Positions 1 through 13,070 are shown, counted from the first letter of the stretch. The stretch is DNA of 64,000 nt from Mobula birostris (GCF_030028105.1 NC_092377.1:40812450-40876449), one strand, 5' to 3'. Notes: a model not told the origin generated them from the sequence alone. Translations and numbers: made by a program.

Positions 1-2089
1 TCCAAATTTGAATTGATCTTTAAAATCACTCAATTCAAATTTTAGATTGATATAATTGGAATTTATTATTAGCTTCCTTCAGAAAGGATCAAGGATGACT
101 GCTGTTTTGGGTTTAAATGTTGGAACTAAAGCCCATGGTTGAAGCAAGGTAGAGGGAAATTTCTTGCTTTCAACCGGGCTTAACACAGCCTGACAGTATC
201 AAACTCCAAGGCTAAATGCTTGACAGGAATGACTCTCTTCCTTTAGGAACAAATCACAGAGAGCGGAATAAACTCCTAACTATAACTGCAAACAGCAGTT
301 TACATTAAAGATCCATGAGCCAGTTACTCAGGCCTGTCTTCAGCCAGCACTGAGAGAGGAGGAGTAATTGTGTATTTGAATCTCACTCCATGCGTTTAAA
401 TGTACACATTTGAATTTTTGCCTTTGGTAATGAGCCAGGCTCCTCAGTATCAATATTTTGACTTCCAGGCTTATAAATCTACTAGGAAGCATAAAATGTG
501 ACTTTGGCAAGGTGATGCTATCTGTATGCTTAAGTTCGAAATGCTCCAATGTCAGTGAATTTAAATCAATAATTTGTTTTGTGTGATTTAAGAATACAAT
601 ACAATAATACAAACTCATTAATACAACTAACCCACAAAATCTCCCCAATAACATTGAAGCAACATTGCAATATTTATCAATAATAAAAGTTATGCATCAG
701 CTCTCACTTCTCATCTTCAGCTTTTGGATTCACTTTACCAATTATTTTGAAGAATTATATTCTCGCCTGATCATGATTCAGTGTCCATGCTGCTTATTAC
801 CTCAGCACATATCCATACAGACCTATTTAGTGAGTGGTTGTTGACATGTCAGCTATTGCTAATTGGTGCCTATTTGTCCACTTATTAAAGAGAAAGTTTT
901 TCTTGCCTGGGAGAATTAGTGGGAGTAATTTCATAGCCTGGAAAAGTCAGCTGAAAGCGTAGTGCTTCAGCAAGAGAAGGCAATCCATTTCCCTATGTAC
1001 TGTGAACCGAAAGAGGGAAGAGGCATTTTGTCTGCTCACAGGGTCTGTGTTGAAGCAGCAACAGCAGAACATTACAGATGAGGTAAATCTCAGAGTGAAA
1101 CATTGGACACTTGAATTGAAAGTTGCAGAAAGTTTAAAGATTTCATGTGCATGACTTCCAGGTCCCATCTCCCAACAATAGCACCCAGCAAGAACCTTAC
1201 AAGCACTCGAGTGTCCATCTTGATTGCAGAAGACAAGAACTATCAATAGCAGATTGGAAAGGACACTCTCCAGTAGGATGACAGTGAGCAAGGAGTTGCA
1301 GGATTTTGACCCATCACCGACAGAGGACTAGGGAGATCAGGTATTTGTCCTGCTTTGTTCCCCCTCAGCTGCTCTAATTCTTCTATATGCTTAGCGTTTC
1401 TTGGCAAATATGAAAGAATACAAATTAGGATATTTCTTATCAAGATCTCAGCTACCTCTGTTTTAAAAATATTTAAAGTCTTCGCTTTCAGTACCCTTTG
1501 AAGAAGAGAGCTCCAAAGACTTATTATGAGAGGAAAAAAGCTTACTGATTCCAATCTCAAATGGGCAATCCCTTGTTGTGAAACAATGAGCCCTTGTTCT
1601 AGAGCTTCCCGCAAGACGAAATATCCTCTTTACCTCCACCCTCAGAATGTTAAATGTTAGATGGAGTCAAGTACCCCGTCACTCCTCTAAACCCCAGCAA
1701 AAGCCTAGACAGTCAGCTCTTCCTCAGCTCCTGCTGAGTATTAGCTACTTCCTCCACAGCCTGTAGAGAAACTGATACTTCTAGGATTCCTGAACAAATC
1801 GCCAACGTTTCCAGTTTTGTGGCCCCCGACAGTAAGTTTCCCAGCTTCTGCACTCACAATGCAATTCATCTACACCGGCGAAATCAGCATCGGAGTCAGG
1901 CTTATTATCACTGGCATATGTCATGAAATTTGGGCGGTCGCTCTGTAAAGCATCACAGTTCAGTCCACAGGAGCGATCCCATTCGTTCGCCATCCCACTC
2001 CAACTCAGTCTCCTGCAATGACGCACTAGAACACAACAGGGGCTTGAGGAGCATCATCTCATCTTCCATTTGTTGCCTTCTAGACTCAT

Positions 2090-2410
2090 CACACAACATA
2101 GACCAGAAGAGCACAGCACAGGAATCGACCTTTCAGCCCCCAGTGTTCATGCCAAACATGACTGACAATTGAAACTAATCCTATTTGTCTGTACGTGGTT
2201 TATATGTCCCCATTCCCTGCCTGTTCATGTGCCTGTCAACATGCCTCTTAAATGCTGCTATTAAATCCACATCCACCACTTGCCCTGGCAACACATTCCA
2301 GGCACCTACCGCCACCTGTGTAAAAAAAACTCCCCTTACCTTATAAATCTCCTTCAAACTTCACTCCTCTCGCATCAGAGTTATAATCTTTAGTATTTGA
2401 CATTTCCAGT
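2090..2410 (-). mobile_element. CR1-type LINE 3' fragment (degenerate)
   Basis: Resembles the 3' end of the CR1 copies at 42172-42450 and 58073-58330 (acagcacagga...cagccc; tccaccact...ggcaacacattcca). Boundaries approximate. Confidence 0.6.
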
Positions 2411-2599
2411 ATCAAATTCTACAGATTTAAGCAACTGGCTTTTCTCTCTCTTTGTATCAGATCTGGCCGCTTCTGCAGTACATCTCTGAATTGGAGATGG
2501 AATTGGAACTGGTTTACTATTGTCACATCTGCCAGCTCAGTTTTACTCCCTCCTTTAGTGCCTGCTGGACGTATCCCCCAGCCAAAGTCTACTGCTGTC

Positions 2600-2915
2600 T
2601 TTTTCCCAGGGTAGTGAAGTCTAAATCATGAGTGCATATGTTTAAGGAAAGAGGGGAAAGGAATGATGGGGAATTAAGGGGCAAATTTTTCATGCGAAGG
2701 GTGGTGGGTACATAGGGCAAGCTACCAGAGTAAGTGGTAGAGGCAGGTACAAACACAACATTTAAAAGACATTTGGACAGGTACGTGATTAAGGAGGTTT
2801 AGCAGGATATGGACCAAAGACAGGCAAACGGAACTAGTTCAGGTAGGCACCTTGGTCAGCATTGACAAGTTGGGCCAAAGGGCCTTTCAGTATGCTGTAT
2901 ATTTCGATGACTCTG
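2600..2915 (+). mobile_element. CR1-type LINE 3' fragment (degenerate)
   Basis: ttttcccagggtag...tttaagg...ggtagaggcaggtac...atttaaaagacatttggacagg...gggccaaagggcct is the conserved CR1 ORF2 C-terminus and 3' UTR. Confidence 0.6.
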
Positions 2916-2929
2916 CGACTCTGGATAAT

Positions 2930-3204
2930 TTATTTATTTGCTTGTTTATTTTTATTTATTTAGATACAAGCCGGCTCTTTCATGCCACACCACCCAGTAA
3001 CCCCCAGATTAATCCTAGCCTAATCACAGGACAATTTGCAATGACCAATTAGCCTACCAACCAGTGGGAGGAAACCAGAGCACCCAGAGCAAACCCACAC
3101 GCTCACAGGCAGAACGTACACACTCCTTACAGGCAGCAGTGAACCTGGGTCACTGGAACTGTAAAGCATTGTGCTAACCACTACACCACCGTGCCACCCC
3201 ACCC
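2930..3204 (-). mobile_element. tRNA-derived V-SINE-type element
   Basis: Minus strand reads ggcacggtggtgtagtggttagcac (A box)...ccaggttcactg (B-box-like), then core gtgggtttgctctgggtgctctggtttcctcccac and an A-rich (aaat)n tail. Same family as 38928-39190. Confidence 0.75.
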
Positions 3205-3918
3205 CCACGGTAAATGAGAAGTCATGTGAAAAAGAGTCAACACATGGGCAATAATTTGAGGCAAAGTTTGCTATCTGGCCTGATCTCAAGCTAAAACCAA
3301 AGGTGTTCATTTTAAACATTGCATGTAACTAGGTTTCTTGTACCTGTAATCAAGTCAAGTCACTTTTTATTGTCATTTTGACCATATCTGCTGGTATAGT
3401 ACACAATAAAAATGAGACAACGTTTTTCAGGACCATGTTGCTACATGAAACAATGCAAAAACTACACTGAACTACATAAAACAACACAAAACTACACGTG
3501 ACTACAGACCTACCCAGGACTGCATAAAGTGCACAAAACAGTGCAGGCATTACAATAAATAATAAACAAGACAATAGGCACAGTAGAGGGCAGTAGGTTG
3601 GTGTCAGTCCAGGCTCTGGGGTGTTGAGGAGTCTGACGGCTTGGGGGAAGAAATTGTTGCACAGTCTGGTCGTGAGAGCCCGAATGCTTCGGTGTCATTT
3701 GCCAGATGGCAGGAGGGAGAAGAGTTTGTATGAGGGGTGCGTGGGGTCCTTCATAATGCTGTTTGCTTTACGGATGCAGCGTGTGATGTAAATGTCTAAT
3801 GGCGGGAAGAGAGACCCCGATGATCTTCTCAGCTGACCTCACTATCCGCTGCAGGGTCCTGCGATGCGAGATGGTGTAATTTCCGAACCAGGCAGTGATG
3901 CAGCTGCTCAGGATGCTC

Positions 3919-4875
3919 TCAATACATCCTCTGTAGAATGTGCTGAGGATGGGGGGGTGGGAGCCTTTGCAGAAAGTAGAGACGCTGCTGGGCTTTCTTT
4001 GTTATGGAGCTGATGTTGAGGGACCAGGTGAGATTCTCCGCCAGGTGAACACCAAGAAATTTGGTGCTCTTAACGATCTCTGTGGAGGAGTCGTCGATGT
4101 TCAGGGGAGAGTGGCCGCTCCATGTCCTCCTGAAGTCAACAACCATCTCTTTTGTTTTGTTCACGTTCAGAGACAGGTTGTTGGCTCTGCACCAGTCCGT
4201 TAGCCGCTGCACCTCCTCTCTGTATGCTGACTCATCGTTCTTGCTGATGAGACTCACCACGGTCGTGTCATCGGCGAACTTGATGATGTGGTTCGAGCTG
4301 TGTGTTGCAGCACAGTCGTAGGTCAGCAGAGTGAACAGCAGTGGACTGAGCACACAGCCCTGGGGGGCCCCCGTGCTCAGTGTGATGGTGTTGGAGATGC
4401 TGCTTCCAATCCAGACCGACTGAGGTCTCCCAGTCAGGAAGTCTAGGATCCAGTTGCAGAGGGGGGTGTTCAGGCCCAGTCGGCTCAGCTTTCCAATCAG
4501 TTTTTGAGGAATGATTATGTTGAATGCTGAACTGAAGTCTATGAACAGCATTCGAACGTACATGTCTTTTTTGTCCGGGTGGGTTACGGCCAGGTGGAGG
4601 GTTATGGCAATGGCGTCATCTGTTGAACGGTTGGGACGATACACGAACTGCAGGGGGTCCAGTGAGGGGGGCAGCAGGGTCTTGATGTGCCTCATGACAA
4701 GCCTCTCGAAACACTTCATGATGATGGATGTGAGTGCAACAGGACGGTAGTCGTTGAGGCAGGACACTGAAGACTTCTTTGGCACGGGGCCGATGGTGAC
4801 GGCCTTGAAGCACGTAGGAACGACGGCGCAGCTCAGGGAGATGTTGAAGATGTCAGTGAGAATCTCTGCCATCAT
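3919..4875 (-). pseudogene. LINE reverse transcriptase ORF fragment (Rex1 clade)
   Basis: PQG and FADD RT motifs in a 318-aa ORF. Confidence 0.9.
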
Positions 4876-5157
4876 CCTCTAAGCACTCTGCCGGGAATAT
4901 TGTCTAGTCCAGCAGCCTTCTGTGGGTTGACCCTGCACAGGGTTCTCCTCACATCGGCCACAGTAAGACACAGCACCTGGTCGTTTGGAGGAAGGGTGGT
5001 CTTCCTCGCCGCCACATCACTTTCCACCTCAAAACGAGCGTAGAAGTTGTTCAACGCATCTGGGAGGGAGGCATCACCAGCACAGGCAGGTGGTGTTGTC
5101 CTGAATGCCCTTCCACATGTGCTATGTGTCACTGCTGTCCTGGAAGTGGCTGTGGAT

Positions 5158-5970
5158 TCACTGGGCTTGTGCACGCTTTGCCTCTCTGATGGCCCGGGAC
5201 GGCTTGGCCCTCGCTGTTGTTAGAGCTGCCTTGTCGCCTGCTCTGAAGGCAGAGTCACGGGTCCTCAGCAGCGCACGCACCTCCGCGGTCATCCATGGCT
5301 TCTGGTTAGCGTGTGTAGTGATGGTCTTGGCCACAGTGATGTCATCGATGCACTTGCTGATGTAGCTAGTCACTGATGCCGTGTACTCCTCTAAGTTGGT
5401 AGAGTCGCCATCAGTTTCAGCCTCCCTGAACATGTGCCAGTCAGTATGCACAAAGCAGTCTTGAAGAGCAGAGATGGCTCCTGCTGGCCAGGTTTTCACC
5501 TGCTTCTGAACTGGTCTGGAGTGCCTGACGAGTGGTCTGTATGCCGGGATTAGCATAACAGAGATGTGGTCTGAGTAACCGAGGTGGGGGCGGGCCTCCG
5601 CCCGGTACGTGTTGGGAATGTTTGTGTAAACAAGGTCCAACGCGTTCTCCCTTCTCGTTGCAAAGTCCATATTCTGATGGAACCTGGGGAGCACTGACTT
5701 GAGGTTCCTGTGGTTAAAATCTCCGGCGACAATAAACAGTCCATCAGAGCGTGCGTTCTGCAGTTCGCTAATAGCCCCATACAGTTCACAGAGAGCCTCC
5801 TTAGCATTAGTGCTGGGGGGAATGTACACACCAACTATAAGGACAGTGGTGAATTCCCGTGGCAAATAAAATGGTCTGCATCTAACAGTCACAAACTCCA
5901 CTAGCGATGAGCAGTATCTGGAAACCAGCACAGAGTTCTTGTACCATTCCGTATTGATGTAGACACACAA
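5158..5970 (-). pseudogene. LINE APE endonuclease ORF fragment
   Basis: GDFN and SDH catalytic motifs; continuity with the RT ORF is broken by frameshifts and a small deletion near 5100 and 4875. Confidence 0.85.
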
Positions 5971-6310
5971 GCCACCACCACGAATAACCTATTGCCAACT
6001 AAAACTTGGCATCTATAATATTTCTGTTTTTATATAGCACTCTAAAAGTAGATGAATGGAAATATAGGTACATATTGCATAGAACAAGTCCACACCTGCA
6101 CTGGACAGACAGATAACTTTGAGACTTTCAAGCTATCAATTCTCAGAAAAATGGTGTTCCAAGATAAACTCAAATATTCTCAAAGTTTATTGGCTTTATT
6201 TAAAATGCTTTGCAATACTTCATTGATACTTTGTACAGTGCCTGCCTTGTTGAAAGCTATTAGCGACAGCTGAGCAATCACCCCCAGTCACATTTAAAAC
6301 AGAATTTTTA

Positions 6311-6596
6311 TATAGGCATCCGTTAGTCTCATGAGACCATGGATTTGCGCCTTGGAAGGTTTCCAGGGTGCAGGCCTGGGCAAGGTTGTATGGAAGACTG
6401 GCAGTTGCCCTCTCCATGCCACCAAATTTGTCCAAGGGAAGGGCACTAGCGCCGATACAGCTTGGCACAGGTGTCGTCACAGAGCAATGTGTGGTTAAGT
6501 GCCTTGCTCAAGGACACAACACGCTGCCTCAGCTGAGGCTCGAACTAGCAACCTTCAGATCACTAGCCCAATGCCTTAACCACTTGGCCACATGCC
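6311..6596 (-). mobile_element. tRNA-derived SINE with CORE-like domain and LINE-derived 3' end
   Basis: Minus strand: gtggccaagtggttaaggc (A box), agttcgagcc (B box), gtgtccttgagcaaggcacttaacc (CORE-like), ending ctaacggatgcctata. Confidence 0.7.
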
Positions 6597-6625
6597 AACA
6601 CAAAATTATTGAACTTGTAAACACC

Positions 6626-6944
6626 CGTTATGGGATGCACCCAACCGCACCAGCTTCCAGGGTTTAGACTCTCTAACTCTCCGGAGAATGGACAGCTGGT
6701 GTGGCCACTTTAGAGGTTCAGGACCGTCCGCTAATTGGCAATCATGATTTGGGTACCAAGAATTGAGTATTTAAAGAGCACCTGAATGGAGCCTCAGTGC
6801 TCATTCATAAGCACAATTCGAGATATTGTCTAGCCTTTTGTTTGTACTCAGTTCTCATTCCACCTTTATTCCGTGTCTCGATCCTTGTCTTCAGATATTC
6901 CAGCATTTGTGTCCAAACCATCCTTGTCAAGCACTCTTGTCACA
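6626..6944 (+). repeat. 5' LTR
   Basis: Aligns end to end with 9183-9501 (cgtta...ctcttgtcaca vs tgtta...ctcttgtcata), roughly 80% identity by eye; TATA-like tatttaaag in both copies. Confidence 0.9.
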
Positions 6945-9182
6945 GTACAGTTGAGCCAACATGGACCCAGTGGGGTATCAGAGAGACTTTCATCTGCTGT
7001 GGCCAGTCAAAGCAAGAGGACTTCCAGACACAGGCTGGAGATTCACGAGCTCCAGGTGGCCGTTCACCAGCTTTCACAAGAAGGAAGGAGCTGCTCAGGA
7101 GGGCCAGTTGGTCTCTCTGCAGAGCAAGTACATCTTCCAACCCTGGAGAGGTTTGATAGGGACTCAGGTTCTTGCTGCGGCTTCCTCACGCAATGCTCAT
7201 TAGTGTTCAAACTCCAGCCATCCTGGAGCACAGAAAGATAGTCTTCTGACTGGGAGAGCCCTGCCCTGGGCCACCAGGCACTGGGAACGAAGGTCAGAGA
7301 TTTGCTCAGGTTCAGAAGATTTCATGGCTGCCATGAGGAAGGTGTTACAAAAGGTGTCACCCTACTGGAGCAAGCTGAGCCTCGGACCGTCCGACGAAAA
7401 AACAACAGGGCAGGTGGTCAGCGGCCAACTACACTATCGAGTTTCGAACCCTTGCCCAAGAGAGTGCCTGGAACGAGAAGACTTCGGCCACTCTATACTG
7501 CCATGGACTCTGAGATGAACCGAAGGATGCCCTCGCTTTGGGAGAACCAGCTGAGGACTTGAAAGTTCTGATTGACCAGTCCATTCGTCTCGATAATCGT
7601 CTGGCAGAACGAAAGTGGGACTGCATCAAGAGGGCTAGCCCGAGTCCAGCCTCAGTGCTTCACAGTTCCACTCCCCCACCTCAGACCATGGCCAGCCATC
7701 TCCCGCTCAAGAGCCGGGTGAGCCCAAGCAAAATGGCCGCACTAGATTCACCACCAGTGAGAGGTCCCGGCATCAGAATCAAGGTTGCTGCATTACTGTG
7801 AGGAGACAGGTCACGTGCGGGCCAAATGCCCAAGGCTGCAGATGTCAGTAGAACTGCAAAGACCATCCTCTGCCAGGAGGACTGCGATGGTAGCTGCCAC
7901 CACTCCCATCCCTATGGATTCGGGCGTTACGCTGAAGGCAGAGATCTCCTGCAGTAAAAACCAAAGAGAGCTGAAGACTTTTGTGGACTCTGGGACAGTG
8001 GGTAATTTTCTGGACTTAGAAACCACCTGCTGGCTTGACATACCACTGCAAGAGTTGAGCCAGTCCATACCCACAGCTGCCTTGGATGGCCACCAGCTAG
8101 ATTCTGGGCAAATCCAGCAGCAGACGGTGGTTTTACAGATGAGGATTGAGGATCATGTGGAAGACAGTAGGTTTCGACCTCACTGATACCTCTGATCCTC
8201 GGGCGCCCTTGGCTGTCCCAGCATTACCCATCAGTGGTCTGGAGGGAGGGGAGAATCATTGCTTAGTCAAGTCGTTGTATGAGGGTACATTTGCAGTGTG
8301 GAGTTCCGACCCCCAGACTCTCCCAAAACCAACGAGCAACAAGGAGGTGGTCTTCAGTGCGAGGTAACTTGAAGCCCTCTGGAAACATAGTCCTGCCCCT
8401 AAGCTGTGCGTGTTCTCACCCTGTCTGGTCAGGGCCGCACAGGAACCAGAGGGAGAGGATAACTAGTTCAGGAGAAGACCAAGGAGGTGCCCAGGCAGTC
8501 TGAAACTCGTGCAGCTAAACCCAAGGGATCCAGCCACCAGACCCTGAGGAAAGGAAAGACCCCTTTATGCAGACCCTTGGAGCCTATCGCTGGGGGTGCA
8601 AGGACCATTTGTAACATCTCGCTGCCGTCACCCAACGATACAGACAAGGATTTGGACTCTGATTTGGCCACTGTTTCTATGAATGAGTTTTGTCAAATCA
8701 TCCCTGCCACCTAAGAAGCTTCAGGAGTCATCCTTAAAGGAAGATCCAGAGGAGACTGAAACACTCATTCTGGTCAAAATCCCTTCCATCTACAAAGACT
8801 TGGAGGAGGTCTCCAGCAAGGAAAAGACCTCAACTCTTTTACCGCAGCAAACCTACCATCGTGCTAAAGCCCTGCTGCCTGGTACTTGTCCTCCGCAGCA
8901 TTGATTATACGCACTCTCAGGCCCCAGAGAGAGGGCAATCTCAAAGCAAGATTTTGCTGGCCTCTACCCAAAAGGCAGAAACTAAGGTTAACCGCAGGGA
9001 CCTGCTTTGCAGCCTGGGCAACAAGATTTTGTGTACTTCGTGCATTGGGGAGGATTTGGACCCAAGGAAAGGTATTGGGTGCCTGAAAAAGACATCTTGG
9101 ATCCAGCTCTCATCCACGACTACCATCACTGTGTCTCTGAGCAGCCAGGGCCGTCAGGAGTCGGCCTTAGGGGAAGGAGTCC

Positions 9183-9501
9183 TGTTACAAGATGCACCCG
9201 ACCGTGCCAGCTCCCAGGGTTTAGACACTCCATCTCTTCAGAGTTTGGATAGCCGTGCAGCCCATTTAAGGGCTCAGGACCGTTCCGCTAATTGGCAATC
9301 ATGTTTTGGGAGACAAGAATTGCGTATTTAAAGAATACCTGAACGGAACCTCAGTGCTCAATCATAAGCACAACTCGAGATATTGTCTAGCATTTTGTTT
9401 CTGTTCTGTTCTTGTTCCAGCTTTATAGCGTGTCTCGATCCTTGTCTTCGGATACTGCAGCACTTGTGTCCTGACCGTCCTCATCAAGGCCTCTTGTCAT
9501 A
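9183..9501 (+). repeat. 3' LTR
   Basis: Starts TG immediately after the polypurine tract; followed by the TSD cacc. Confidence 0.9.
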
Positions 9502-12312
9502 CACCACTAGGTGGGATGCTCAGAAGGAATGGCTGGTGCTGGGAGACTCATATATCAACAACACTGATATGAGAATCTCTGAGATTTTTATCATAACTAT
9601 GCTAAGTGGACATGTTTCAGTTTAGATTACTGAGTGCTTCAAATTCTTCAGTTTCAGGTCGAAGCCACTCTGGAGAACATTGCATTGTTGTTTCATAGAG
9701 AGAGCTTTAAAGACAACTTTCCTTTTTAGTGTATGGGCAGTGTATATCTCGGGTTTGCTGTCATTTTTATTCTCAGTAATTGTCTGCTTCCATTGAAGTG
9801 ACATGCAGTAGTGAGAGTGACATTCAATTGGTTAGGTGATTTACCCAGTCAAGCCCCACACTCTAATTTAGACTCCAACCAAAGGTGCCCTCAAGATCGG
9901 AGGCCAACTCTGGCAGCTGACTAACCAGCATGCCACCTTCCACCGGGCAGACCAAGAACCACAGCCATGAAAATCCAGTTTCTGCTGTAGGGTCCTATCT
10001 ACCATCTGAAGTGTAATTTCCAGTAGTAGGAGTCACAAACAGAGACTTCAAGTAAATAGGCCAGCGCCGTGGTCATGGTTGAAGAGGATCCTGGATAGGA
10101 AAGAGTTTCAGAAGCCAAGGAGAGTGGGGTTATACGTGGGGGCTAGGTTTCCCTGCGGGATTAGAAGTGAACTCTTTCTCTTCCTTGCCCCACAAGGACA
10201 TGACAAAAAAATTCCAAACTATCTACCATCTGGGACTCTTTAAGCTATTTCTACTCAATGTTGGGTTTAAAAATTGTGTGTTATTTGTGTTAGATAATTA
10301 AATGTAAAAGCAGAGTGCCCAGCCCATCAGAGGAACTGACAACTTCATAATAATGACAATCCTTGCCTGCCTTCTCAAGGCCTTGTCTAGGATCAAAAAC
10401 TTGGAGGTTAAAAGACTTCACAGAAGAGCAGCTCATCTCTAAGATAGGAAGCATGTAGTCACCCCTTTATCCACCCACACACCAGCGTCAGACAGGCAGA
10501 ATTAAAATCAGGTTCTACATTAAAATTGGCCCTTTCGGCCTAGTGCTTTGAAGCATTGCAGTAATATTTCAGCATCATGAATTGCCTTTATATAACCTTC
10601 AGACTTCTGAAAGCAGGCCAGCTGCAAAGGAATTTTTACATGGAAAGAAATCAAGGGTGTGCAACATAACCCGCTGTGCTCAATCTAAATACAGCACTGC
10701 CTATATTTCCCCAGTGTCTGAATATATTAAAAAGAGGACTGTTATAAAGAAACAGAAAGAACATACTGATAAATTCCTCTGCTCTGTACAATTTTCATTG
10801 AGTCCAGCTGAAAATTTGCCTGCCTTATTTATCACTCCATTGATTAGACATTACAATGGTGATCCATCTTCCTTTCACCTCTACCTTAGCAAGTTCCTAA
10901 ATGGAAAGTGAGGCAGATAAAGAGATTGGGATGCCTAAATATGTGCCAGATGTTTCCAGCATATTTATTTAAGGCAGTTTGTCAGAATATTAACAAAATG
11001 TTACTCTTTTAGCAACCTGCTACTTGCAATTCTGAAAGAAAAGAAACATCTGGTCCATCTGTTTCAGAGAAGTGGTGAAGTTTCTTGGATCTACCTGGAA
11101 GATGGATGGTGGGCGCAAGATTACGATCCAATAACTCTTTCTTTCTTTCCCACTTTATCTCTAACTTTGTCTCTGTCTTACTTCTCTTTTCCGCCTGCCT
11201 TACTCTCACTCTTGCTTACTTTCCGTCTTTGTTTGCCGTGGCAGCCACCCAAATCGGGGTAGGACAGTGAAATTATTCACTGAGTCTAACTTGGTAACTT
11301 TCCTAGTCTATCATTCTACGCTCCCTGAGCTCTGACAGAAAACCTCTGGAGCTTCCAGTTTTTGATGGACAAGGCCAAGAAAATAGAAGGCCAAGCCAAG
11401 CTCAACATTAAAACTGCTTTGGCAGCATTTTTTGTTCAAGACTACACAAACAGTTGGATAGAATAATATGAACTTAATTAACAGGGACATTCTGCTGACT
11501 TGTGGAATCCCCCTGTACAGAGCTTTTCATGAAGAACTAAATTCATTAAATATCTCCTCAGAGCTAATGTTTATATTTAATGTATAGCAGTTTTATTTGC
11601 TTCTTAAGAACTCAGACAACTGATTGTAGCATTACAAGTTAGCTGATTTGCCAGATTGCTTATTTTTATTCCTGAATTCAGTTCCTTAAACCAGTTGGTC
11701 GATGCAAATGATCAAACGTAAATCTTGAAAAATATGAAGTGATCTTGGTCCAATTGCTTCCTTCTCATTCGTAACAACATACGGCTTTCTTCTTAGCTGA
11801 GTTTTAACATGTGCCACCAAGTCACTTTTGAAACCCGAACTTATTGTCAGTTTAACTGCCTGATTTAACTTGAACCCATCTTCAAGTATGTTCTGATACT
11901 GCAATGTGAGCCTCGATGTAATTTTAACCAGAGGCATTAGGAGATGGAAGAAGAGACAAGAAAGGATCACATAACAACAAATGCCGGTGATATTAACCCT
12001 AATTTTGATATTGCTTCCTTTGACATTGCCTGTGGGGGAGGAACGTCGGGCAACCTGCACCCGCCACTTGTTGCCAACCTCACTGCCCTGTTCCATTGAC
12101 AGTGCTGGAAGTATACCAGCTGGAATCAGTAGATCCCAGTTCCCTCTGCCACCGGGGCTTCCCGAGCCCTTGGAGCTCAGGAATACTGCTGTTGGTTTAA
12201 ATAGCTCTGAAAATCTGAGCAGACTGTCTCATTAGTTTATCAAATCACAGTTCTCTCTCTAATATGATTCATTAGTCAGCCCCAAACACGTCATGAGTTA
12301 CGCAAATTAAAA

Positions 12313-13070
12313 AAGGTTCAAAGGTTAATTTATTCTCAAAGCATGTATCTATACCTAACTCTGAAATTCATCTTCTCCAGATAGCCACAAAACAAAGAAA
12401 GTACATGAAAGTCATTCAGAGAGAAACGTAAAACCCAACCCCCCCACATAAAAAAGAACATCACAATCATCACCCCAAAACCCCTCCCCTCGCACAACAA
12501 AATGGAAAAGGAATCAGTGATTAAAAAAAACACAGAATACAAAAACCGTAAGTCTGAAAAAGTCCGCAGTCCATAAACGCAGAACGAGGATACCATCCTC
12601 CAACATCACCAAATTCATCAGAGGGAGACACTACACAAGGTAGAGAGGCCTACCTGCCTGACACAACAGTAGGCCGCTCATAGACTTCACGGCAGTGATC
12701 AAAAGCATTTGGTGCTGAGCTCTCACCCGCCTTCCACTTTCATCTCAATGTCTCGATCTTTCTCCACACTTTAATTGGCATTTAACGGACTCCTTAATCG
12801 GTGAAATGGGGTCAAACAATGGCTCGCGCCCCATCTCGAAGTTTCTTCACATCGAGGTAATCCAAGTATGTGCTCACTTTCTGGAATCTTCTCAGAGACA
12901 GCAGAGCACTGGATCACTCAAATGATCTCCAAACTGGAAATTGCAGGCACTAACAGTCCCAGGAAAACACATTTGAGGTGAAAAACAGACGTAAAAGAAG
13001 CAGACATTTTCATGGGCTATCTGGAAGATGTCAACCGAGGGAGCATTGCACGCTGGCGCCATCTTGACCA
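12313..13070 (-). mobile_element. non-autonomous LINE-derived retroelement (aagatggcg head, Rex1-like tail)
   Basis: Minus strand begins caagatggcgccagcg and ends aataaattaacctttgaacc; no coding capacity. Confidence 0.55.

Larger units (their letters stand above)
3351..5982 (-). mobile_element. Rex1/Babar-clade LINE, 5'-truncated, APE endonuclease + RT, frameshifted
   Basis: ORF 5158-5970 has APE motifs (VYIPP, AGDFNH, LDLVYTN, SDH). ORF 3919-4875 has RT motifs ([44 protein letters not shown]). 3' tail on the minus strand is aataaaaagtgacttgacttga. Confidence 0.93.
6626..9501 (+). mobile_element. Ty3/Gypsy chromovirus (Sushi/PEG10/RTL1-related), non-autonomous, internally deleted
   Basis: Two 319-bp LTRs, 4-bp TSD CACC (6622-6625 / 9502-9505), PPT AGGGGAAGGAG at 9169-9179. 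Gag remnants LERFDRDSGSCCGFLTQCSLVF and SLLTGRALPWA, zinc knuckle LHYCEETGHVRAKCP, protease FVDSGTVGNF, RT N-terminal stub, chromodomain YFVHWGGFGPKERYWVPEKDILDP. Confidence 0.92.

Noticed and set aside
6961-8186. Domesticated PEG10/RTL-like gene
   Set aside because: Gag and protease are broken by several frameshifts and stops, and the region is still flanked by LTRs and a TSD.
11686-12096. 136-aa ORF as a host gene
   Set aside because: No recognisable motif or convincing splice boundaries.
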